Shown here: positions 39,359 to 49,300 of the stretch, piece after piece | How positions within the stretch are numbered: the stretch's first letter is position 1 | How the letters are laid out: each line of letters starts with the position of its first letter | Source: an uncultured Poribacteria bacterium | GTDB lineage: Bacteria > Poribacteria > WGA-4E > WGA-3G | DNA length: 64,000 bases | NCBI GenBank assembly: GCA_951813565.1 | Contig: OX638351.1 | Span: 1,376,001 to 1,440,000 of the forward strand | Direction of reading: 5' to 3' | Translations under genes and position numbers: made by a program | The notes under the pieces: generated by a model | What the model was told of the DNA's origin: nothing | Seen by the model: only the letters and a program-made list of their open reading frames with translations | Database searches by the model: none

Positions 39359-40330
39359 CTAAAATCTTGTTATGACAGAAATTCGATGTGAATTGCCTAC
39401 ATAAGCATCTGGGACAAAAGCGTAATCGAATTGGAAGTCAATATTTGCTAATGAGTCCAGACCACTTTTCCGAACACCTATACCGATCGACAATCCGTCA
39501 CTCGGATTCTCGTTCAGACCGATACGATAGCCGACACGCGCAGCGACGATATCGTAAAACCACCGTTCAATACCGATATGAAAACTGGGATTCGCGTCAA
39601 TCAACGGGAGATGTGCATCTGCAACGAATGCCCACAATTCACGAGGAGGCATCGCTTCTTCTGCATCTGCTTCAGGTTGTTTCCACGTTCTGTAAGCGAG
39701 ACCAGCGCGGAGTGCCATCGGCAGATTTTCCCCACCGCCTAAGATACCAGCATTTTGCACGGTAAGCCCGATACCAAGATGATTGTCCATCAAGCGTAAG
39801 ATTACGCCAAGATCAGCACCGATACCGTAGACGTTTTGAATATCCAATTGCTGTGATATAAACTTTGCTGTGCCACCAATGGAAGCGGTTGTACCGAATG
39901 GGTACGCAAGAGATAAACCTGTAGCAAATCCACCTACCGTTACAGTGCTATCCGGGGTTTCTGTCGGACCTATGCGGCGTTCAATTTCAGTAAAACTTCC
40001 GAGAAAACTTGCACCCCACACGAATTGTTTCGCACGCTGAGCATATCCAATTGATTGATTGTTGATGTCAACAAACGAAAAGTGTTGCATTGCGGTAAGT
40101 TCTCGTGTATGAACGGCAGTTAAACCCGCTGGATTCCAAAAAATTGTGTTAATGTCGTTAGCGAGTCCCGTGAATGCGCCACCCATGCCGACGGGTCTAC
40201 TTCCCGGTTCAATCTTGAGAAACGCTGCGCCGGCGGTGCCAGCACTATCGTGGATATCAGCTGCGAAACTTTGAGGTACGGTTAGCAGTAAGGTTAAGAT
40301 TACAACTGCTACAACTACACTTCTGTGCAT
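39359..40330 (-). CDS. PorV/PorQ-like (UPF0164) outer-membrane beta-barrel
   Basis: FLKIEPGSRPVGMGGAF...FWNPAGL; C-terminal DYAF...SHRIS..TRF. Confidence 0.88.
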   Translation of the reverse strand: MHRSVVVAVVILTLLLTVPQSFAADIHDSAGTAGAAFLKIEPGSRPVGMGGAFTGLANDINTIFWNPAGLTAVHTRELTAMQHFSFVDINNQSIGYAQRAKQFVWGASFLGSFTEIERRIGPTETPDSTVTVGGFATGLSLAYPFGTTASIGGTAKFISQQLDIQNVYGIGADLGVILRLMDNHLGIGLTVQNAGILGGGENLPMALRAGLAYRTWKQPEADAEEAMPPRELWAFVADAHLPLIDANPSFHIGIERWFYDIVAARVGYRIGLNENPSDGLSIGIGVRKSGLDSLANIDFQFDYAFVPDAYVGNSHRISVITRF

Positions 40331-40369
40331 TATCTATCTCCTTTTTCGTTTTTTCCGTTTTTTGAAGTC

Positions 40370-43300
40370 TTAGTCAACGACAAGTATCTTGCCTACAGCG
40401 TTGGCGCTATTTCCTGCTCCATTAACTGCTTCTAAACGGAACACGTAAAGGCCGCGCGCTACAGCGGTTCCAAATTGATTTTCTAAATTCCATTTAACCT
40501 GTGTGTCATTCCGCTGTCCCAGTGTAATATTGGAATACTTTTTCGAGTAAACCATATCCCCGCTCCAATCATAGATGTAGAGTGTCAATTCCACTGTTTC
40601 TTCCGCAGCGGCATTCAGATCGAAGGAGAAGAATGCGACATCATCTTTGGAATGCCGTAATGGATTCGGCCATCCGAAGGTTTTTCCACGGAAGGAGAAA
40701 GAAACCGACATCGTAACCTCACCGACATCGTAAACAGAGTAGTTACCTGCTTTGTCTGTGACTCGGATATCTAAGTCGTATTCACCCGATCGTGCGGGTA
40801 AAAAGTCTGCCGACCATCGACTCCAGGGTCGTTCTTGCGCATTGCTTTCATCCTCAGCCGGGACGGGTTCAATAGGTTGTCCATCAGGACCTGTTCCAAT
40901 GATTTCCACAAGCCATACACCCGATGCTGGTATAGGTATCTCACCTTCACCTTGGGGACGCGGTCGTGAACCTTGTGGGTCAGCAGCCGTTCCTTCTAAA
41001 GGCACTGCTTCATCGGTAAACTCAGTCTTTCCACCATCGTTGGTCACAATAGCAGTCGGAGATGTGGTTTCATAAAGGAATTCAGTTGTGACTGAACCTT
41101 TAGGTGCAAATCCGAGTAGTTCAGAGTCATTCCCAATGCCGGTAATCGTAACTTGATGTGGGCCTTCAACATTCAATCCGTCTGATTTGAAGACAATGGT
41201 ATCCACACCATTTTGCTGGGTGGTGCCAGAAAGTTCTTGACCGTTAGGATTTCTGACAACGACTTCTGACTGCGATAGATCCACTCCTAAACCTGTGTCA
41301 GATACACTTGCTTGAATAACAACACCACCGGTTGTGGAAACTGCGCTTGGATAATCTTCGGCATTAATGTCTGTAAGCAGCGGCGCGTCATTAATAAGCA
41401 AAGAGTTAGGATCAATCACTGGTGGACTTGTATCGTAGGTAAACACCTTTTCGTAGGATTCTTCTTCATTCCCCGCTTGGTCTTTAGGGTTAACGGTAAT
41501 TTTGTATTCCCCATCGGCAGAACCGTCGTCTGCAAGCGGAACAGTAAGTCGGAAAATAAGGGTCTCCTGTTCCCCAGTTTCATAAGATAGACGACCAGCG
41601 ATTTCATCTGCATTCGGTGAAAGTCGTTCAAAGGTCAACCAATCTTCATCAAGGTTTTCCCAGTCAACTCCAGCTTGGTTATCTGTGATGCCCACACGAA
41701 TTTCTGTCAACGAGTTATTAACCTCAGGTTCAGCCACAATGAGGTGGATCGCATCTGGATTAACTTCTGGGGTTTCCGTATCATACATAAAAGTCAACTT
41801 TTGGACCTCACCTTCCCGACCCGATGAACTAATTGGCGTGAACTCAATCGTATAAACACCGTCTTCAGATCCATCTGTTGCAAGCGGACGGACCAATCTA
41901 TAGATCAACTTGTTGGTCTCACGATGCTGTTGTCCCGCGACCACTTGCTCCGCAGCGTTCAACAAGCGGACCGTTGATAGGTGGCTTTCATCTGCAGTCT
42001 CAAGCATCACTTCAATTTCATCAACTTTTTCATTTGTAAACGCTTCATCTATTGGAGCAGTGCTTGGTGATGTAGATATGACTGCCGGTAAAAGCCTGGA
42101 CAGTAGGAAACTATGCTCAAGGACGGATCTACTTCCGTTCCCTGCTCTGTCTATAGCTTGGACACGAATAATGTACTGTCCATCTGCCACAAGTTGATTT
42201 GTGTTAAGTATCAACTGCGTTTTGCCATTACTGGTAAGTTCGCCAGAGATTTCTACGCCATTGGGATCAATCAATGTTACTGTTGTTACATCCCAATCTA
42301 TACCACTTTCCCCTTCGTCATTCAGATTTACCTGTATCTGCGTTATGTCCTCGGTAAGCTGTGCGCCGTGAGCTGGCACTGTGCTGACAAGGGTTGGCGC
42401 TTGTGTGTCGTATATTATGGGATGTTCGACAGAAAGAACATTCCCCGCTTTATCAGAAAACGCAATTACGACGGTGTACTCTCCATCTCTACTACCATCA
42501 AGCGGCAACGGCTCATCAAGCGTGAGAAAGAGTTGATTGTTAGAATCAGTTGTTATTTTTGTAGGAATGAGGGTCCCATTTTGATTGCGCAAACTAACTT
42601 TCTGATCATCAAGTATAAAGTCTGCAGGTCCAACGTCCTGAAGTGTGAATCGGAATTGCGTCAAACTCTCGCTGATATAAGATACCGGTTGACTTAAGTT
42701 GATCGGTGCAGCGTCCGTTATTTCCGGTTCTTGCGTATCAAGAACGAACTCACGATAGGCGGTATTGCCTTGACGTCCTTTTTTATCAACAGGATAGACA
42801 TATACGGCGTATCTACCGTCGGAACTTCCATCAGTGGAAAGTGTTGCTGGTTCCCAAACAAGTAGGTCAGTTCCATTCGTGGAGGTGGCTCCTGGCACGA
42901 CGTCATCATCAAGGGTTGCCACTATGATGTCCGATCCGGCGTTACTGTCAAAAGATAACCCCGCCCCTGACCGGTCAAGTAAGGTTGCAGCAATGTACAG
43001 ATTGTTTGCATTGACATAAGCAATGTCCCCACTACCTAATGTAATAGTATCACCGATTCTGATAGACTCAACACCTGGCAAAATGAACTCAAGGGTAAAC
43101 GAGAATTGCAATGGATTTTGTACAGCATTCCCCGCTATGTCTTGTGGAGTCACGGATAAAGTATACTGACCGATCTGTGTTAAGTCAGCAAAACTCAGTG
43201 CCATTTGGGAGACGCCATCATCTTCTCGAGTGAGCGGAATTGTTTGATCGTCTGGGTCAATCAATGATACTTGCATATTTGCAAAGTCAACAAGTGTTGC

Positions 43301-46300
43301 TTCGGAAAACTTAATAGTGATAGTACTGATAGATTCAGAAAGTTCGGTAATTTCGTTCGACACAAGTTTCATAGGAGTCCCAGCAGTGTTTACCTCAACT
43401 GACGATACTTGTGGTGCTTTAGAATCGTAAATAAGTGAAAATCGAGAGATCGAGGTATTGCCTGCTCTGTCACTTAGACTGACATTTAGCGAATATGGAC
43501 CATCTACACTTCCATCACTGGCGAACGGTTTGGAAAGTGTTAGATATAGTTGGTTTGTGAGTTCATCGTACGTCCGTGCTGCAGAAACAGGTTTTTCTGC
43601 AGCATCCATCAATGCTATGACTTGAGAGGCTAAATTAAGACCTGCAGACCCAACATCTTCAATGGTGAGGGTGAACCGATTTAATCCGCTACCGATATAG
43701 GAAACAGGATCATGCAATGTCAATGGCTGTGCAGCAGTAATTCGCGGTGCCTGTGTATCATAAATAAACTGTTGGTTGACGACTGTGCCAGAACGTCCAA
43801 CTTTATCCACTGGTGTTACAGCAACATTGTATCGTCCATCGGCACTTCCATCTGTTGGCAGTGGTATGGGGGTCCAAGTCAACTGATTCGTTCCATTAGA
43901 AGTGGTTTTACCAGATACTGAAAGACCTTCGGAATTGGTGACCGTAATAGTTGAACCACCATCTCCGAACGATACACCTACACCGATAGGATCAGTAATT
44001 GTTGCAACTATTCTGGGTATAGAATTGCGGACGTAAACAGCTGAGCCCTGTTTTCCATCAATGGAGACTGAACTGACTGTTGGAAGTGCGGTGTCAAGTC
44101 TAAATTGGTACTGAGTAGCACTCTGAGCAACATTTCCTGCCTTATCTTGCGGAATAACGGCAAGTGTGTAAACACCGCTTTGTGTTAAAGAAACAAAATG
44201 AACCATCAACAGAGACGCGTCACCGTCTTCAAGGTTGATAGGTATTTCTTGTCCGTTTACTCCTGTCAGTCTCACACTGGTATTTTCGAAGTCTACCTGT
44301 GTTGCATCGGTGAACTCAAGCGTGAGACTACTCACGGATTCAGAAATCTCAGTTATTTCGTAAGATGTAAGGTCTACCGAAGTATTGCTTGTATTCGCTT
44401 TCACAGATGATAATCCCGGAACTTCAAACTTTAGTCTAAATGGATAGGAAACCGCTCCTTGTGAAACATTACCTGAAATATCGTGCGGTGTGACAGAAAA
44501 CGTATACAGACCACTTTGAACTAACGAGACAAAGCGAACTATTAACTTAGACCCATCATGTTCTTCAAGAGTGATGGGTATTTCTTGTCCGTTTTCTGTT
44601 GCCAATCTCACTATAGTATTTTCGAAGTCTACCCGAGCCGCATTTGTAAACTGAAGTGTAAAACTGTTAATGGATTCAGAAAGTTCAGTTATCTCATAAG
44701 GTGTAAGGTCTACCGAAGCGTCCGTTGTGTTTGCTTTCACAGACGATAGTCCCGGAACTTCAAACTCAAGTTGGAACGGATAAGGAACAGCACTTTGTGC
44801 GGTATTCCCTGCTTTATCTTGTGGTGTGACAGTGAGTGTGTAGAGACCATTTTGTGTCAAGGAAACAAAACGCACTATCAACTGAGACCCATCATGTTCT
44901 TCAAGAGTGATGGGTATTTCTTGCCCGTTTTCTGTTGCCAATCTCACTATAGTATTTTCGAAGTCAACCTGTGTTGCCTCTGTGAACTGAAGTGTGAAAC
45001 TACTCACGGATTCAGAAAGTTCAGTTATCTCATAAGGTGTAAGGTCTACCGAAGCGTCCGTTGTGTTCGCTTTCACAGACGATAGTCCCGGAACTTCAAA
45101 CTCAAGTTGGAACGGATAAGGAACAGCACTTTGTGCGGTATTCCCTGCTTTATCTTGTGGTGTGACAGTGAGTGTGTAGAGACCATTTTGTGTCAAGGAA
45201 ACAAAACGCACTATCAACTGAGACCCATCATGTTCTTCAAGAGTGATGGGTATTTCTTGTCCGTTTTCTGTTGCCAAACTCACTATAGTATTTTCGATAG
45301 TATTTTCGAAGTCAACCTGTGTTGCCTCTGTGAACTGAAGTGTGAAACTACTCACGGATTCAGAAAGTTCAGTAATCTCATAAGGTGTAAGGTCTACCGA
45401 AGCGTCCGTTGTGTTCGCTTTCACAGACGATAGTCCCGGAACTTCAAACTCAAGTTGGAACGGATAAGGAACAGCACTTTGTGCGGTATTCCCTGCTTTA
45501 TCTTGTGGTGTGACAGTGAGTGTGTAGAGACCATTTTGTGTCAAGGAAACAAAACGCACTATCAACTGAGACCCATCATGTTCTTCAAGAGTGATGGGTA
45601 TTTCTTGTCCGTTTTCTGTTGCCAAACTCACTATAGTATTTTCGATAGTATTTTCGAAGTCTACCTGTGTTGCCTCTGTGAACTGAAGTGTGAAACTACT
45701 CACGGATTCAGAAAGTTCAGTTATCTCATAAGGTGTAAGGTCTACCGAAGCGTCCGTTGTGTTTGCCTTCACAGACGATAGTCTCGGAACTTCAAACTCA
45801 AGTTGGAACGGATAAAGAACAGCACCATGCACAGCAGTGCCTGATATATCTTGAGGTGTTATTGACAATGTATACTTACCACTTTGTGTCAAAGAAACAA
45901 AACGCACTATCAACTGAGACCCATCATGTTCTTCAAGAGTGATGGGTATTTCTTGTCCGTTTTCTGTTGCCAAACTCACTATAGTATTTTCGATAGTATT
46001 TTCGAAGTCAACCTGTGTTGCCTCTGTGAACTGAAGTGTGAAACTACTCACGGATTCAGAAAGTTCAGTAATCTCATAAGGTGTAAGGTCTACCGAAGCA
46101 TCAGATGTGTTTGCCTTCACAGACGATAGTCCCGGAACTTCAAACTCAAGTTGGAACGGATAAGGAACAGCACTTTGTGCGGTATTCCCTGCTTTATCTT
46201 GTGGTGTGACAGTGAGTGTGTAGAGACCATTTTGTGTCAAGGAAACAAAACGCACTATCAACTGAGACCCATCATGTTCTTCAAGAGTGATGGGTATTTC

Positions 46301-49300
46301 TTGTCCGTTTTCTGTTGCCAATCTCACTATAGTATTTTCGAAGTCTACCTGTGTTGCCTCTGTGAACTGAAGTGTGAAACTACTCACGGATTCAGAAAGT
46401 TCAGTTATCTCATAAGGTGTAAGGTCTACCGAAGCGTCCGTTGTGTTTGCCTTCACAGACGATAGTCCCGGAACTTCAAACTCAAGTTGGAACGGATAAA
46501 GAACAGCACCATGCACAGCAGTGCCTGATATATCTTGAGGTGTTATTGACAATGTATACTTACCACTTTGTGTCAAAGAAACAAAACGCACTATCAACTG
46601 AGACCCATCATGTTCTTCAAGAGTGATGGGTATTTCTTGTCCGTTTTCTGTTGCCAATCTCACACTGGTATTTTCGAAGTCTACCCGGGCCACATCTGTA
46701 AACTGAAGTGTAAAACTGTTAATGGATTCAGAAAGTTCAGTTATCTCATAAGGTGTAAGGTCTACCGAAGCGTCCGTTGTGTTCGCTTTCACAGACGATA
46801 GTCCCGGAACTTCAAACTCAAGTTGGAACGGGTAGGACACCGCACCTTGTGCGGCATTGCCGACTCTATCCTGAGGCTTTACTGAAAGTGTATACAAACC
46901 ACCTTGCGTTAGAGAGACAAAACTTGCTGTCAGTTGATCAACACCATTGTTCTCTAAAGTGAGCGAAATCGCAGATGCATCCGGACCTATTAGACTAATC
47001 ACCGTATTTTCAAAGTCAACCTGTGTTGCTTCTACAAAATTCAGGGTAAGTTTGTTGACAGCCTCTGATACATCAGTAATCTGATAAGGTATTAGGTCTA
47101 AAGGTGTCTCAGTATTTAGAGAGACTGAAGATAGTTGCGGTGCTTGTGAATCATAAAAAATGTTGTGAACTGCCTGATACGGATTACCTGCTTTGTCAAC
47201 AAGGTTAATCGTCAGCGTGTATTCGCCATCAGCACTACCATCAGTCGGTAAAGGGGCAGAAAGCGAAAAGAAAAGTTGGTTTATATCATCATGTGTAATT
47301 TGCCCTTGAACAACTTCACCATTTTTGTTTTGAAGTCCAATTGTTTGATCGTCAAGGTCAAGCAACGCTTGCCCAACATCTTCAACAGTGAGTTCAAACT
47401 GCGTCAAACTACCGATATAAGAGATCGGTTGATATAGTGTTATAGGTGTAGCCGCCGTTATGCGGGGCGCTTGGGTATCAAAAATAAATGAGCGATATAC
47501 AACATCACCTATGCGTCCAGCTTTATCTACTGGTGTGACGGCAACTGTATATCGTCCGTCAGCACTGCCATCAGCTGGAAGTGCTGGGGGGGTCCAAGTC
47601 AACTGATTCGTTCCAATGGAAGTAGTAGTCCCGGGTATCGGAAGTCCATCAGCATTACTAACGACAATAGTTGATCCGTCATTACCTAATGCTAACCCGA
47701 CACCGGTTGGTTCTGTGAACGTGGCGATAATGTTCACATCAGCACTATTGACATATATAGTAGCACTGAGTTTGCCATCAATAAGGATGGAACTAACTGC
47801 TGGTAGCACAATATCAAGTCGAAACTGGTATTGAATGGCACTCTGGGCAACATTACCCGATCTATCCTGTGGTGTGACAGAAAGGGTATAGAGACCGCTT
47901 TGTGTTAAGGAAATAAAACGAACTATTAACTGAGATGCCTCATTGTCTTCTTGGGTGATGGGTATCTGTTGCTCGTTTGGTCCTATTAACACAACACTGG
48001 TATTTTCAGGATCAATCCGCATCGCATCTGTGAACTCAAGTGTGAGACTGTTGACAGGTGCAGAAAGCTCAATAATCTCGTGCTGGATAAGCGCTACGGA
48101 AGTATCTACTGTGTTTGCTTTTACAGATGATAAATCTGGAACTTCAAACTCAAGTTGGAATGGGTAAGACACTGCACCTTGTGCGGCATTGCCGACCCTA
48201 TCATGAGGCGTTACTGAAAGTGTATACAAACCTCCTTGTGTCAAGGTAACGAAACTTGCGGTCATTTGGTCAATACCATTATTCTCTAAGGTGAGTGGAA
48301 TGGGAGAACCATTCGGACCGATCAGCGAAACCACCGTATTTTCAAAGTCAACCTGTGTTGCCTCTACAAAATTAATGGTAAGTTTGTTGATAGCTTCAGA
48401 TAGATCGGTAACCTGATAAGGTGTTAGGTTTAACAGCGTCTCGGTATTTAGAGAGACTGAAGATAGTTGCGGTGCTTGTGAATCATAAAAGATGTTGTGA
48501 ACCGCCTGATACGGATTACCTGCTTTGTCAACGAGGATGACATTCAGCGTGTATTCTCCATCAGCACTACCATTAGTCGGTAAAGGAGTGGAGAGGGTGA
48601 AGAAGAGTTGATTGTTAGCATCATGTGTTATTTGACCTTGAACCGCTTCACCATTTTTGTTTTGAAGTTCAATTGTTTGATCATCAAGGTTAAGTAATGC
48701 TGGACCAACATCTTCAACAGTGAGTTCAAACTGCGTCAAACTACCGATATAAGAGATCGGTTGATGCAGTGTTATAGGTGTAGCCGCCGTTATGCGGGGC
48801 GCTTGGGTATCAAAAATAAATGAGCGATATGCAACATTACCTGTGCGTCCGGCATTATCTACTGGTGTGACAGCAACTAAATATCTTCCATCCGCACTGC
48901 CGTCAATTGGAAGCGCTGCTGGTCGCCATGTCAATTGATTTTCATCATTGAATGTTGTGAACCCAGGGACCGGAAGCCCCGTCTCGGTCGTTACAACAAT
49001 CTTGGATTCATCTTCCCCTACAGCTAAGCCACTCCCGGTGGTATCTACTAACGTTGCGATAATTTCTCCGTCACTACCATTGACATAAACAACAGCACCA
49101 CTCTGACCATCAATCAATACTGACGTAACAATAGGAACGGCTATATCCAAATTGAACCTGTAGATAAATGGTGTTTCGGAAACATTGCCGATATTGTCTC
49201 TTGGCGTAACTGTAAGAATATATGTTCCGAGTTTCGCAAGGCTTTGGAAATTAAGCGTTAAAAAGGCAGTGCCGTCATTGCTTCGGTGAACTGCAATTTC

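Noticed and set aside
44198..46962. Repeated plus-strand ORFs (MERIRNSTLCG...)
   Set aside because: Antisense shadows of the giant gene's coding repeats.
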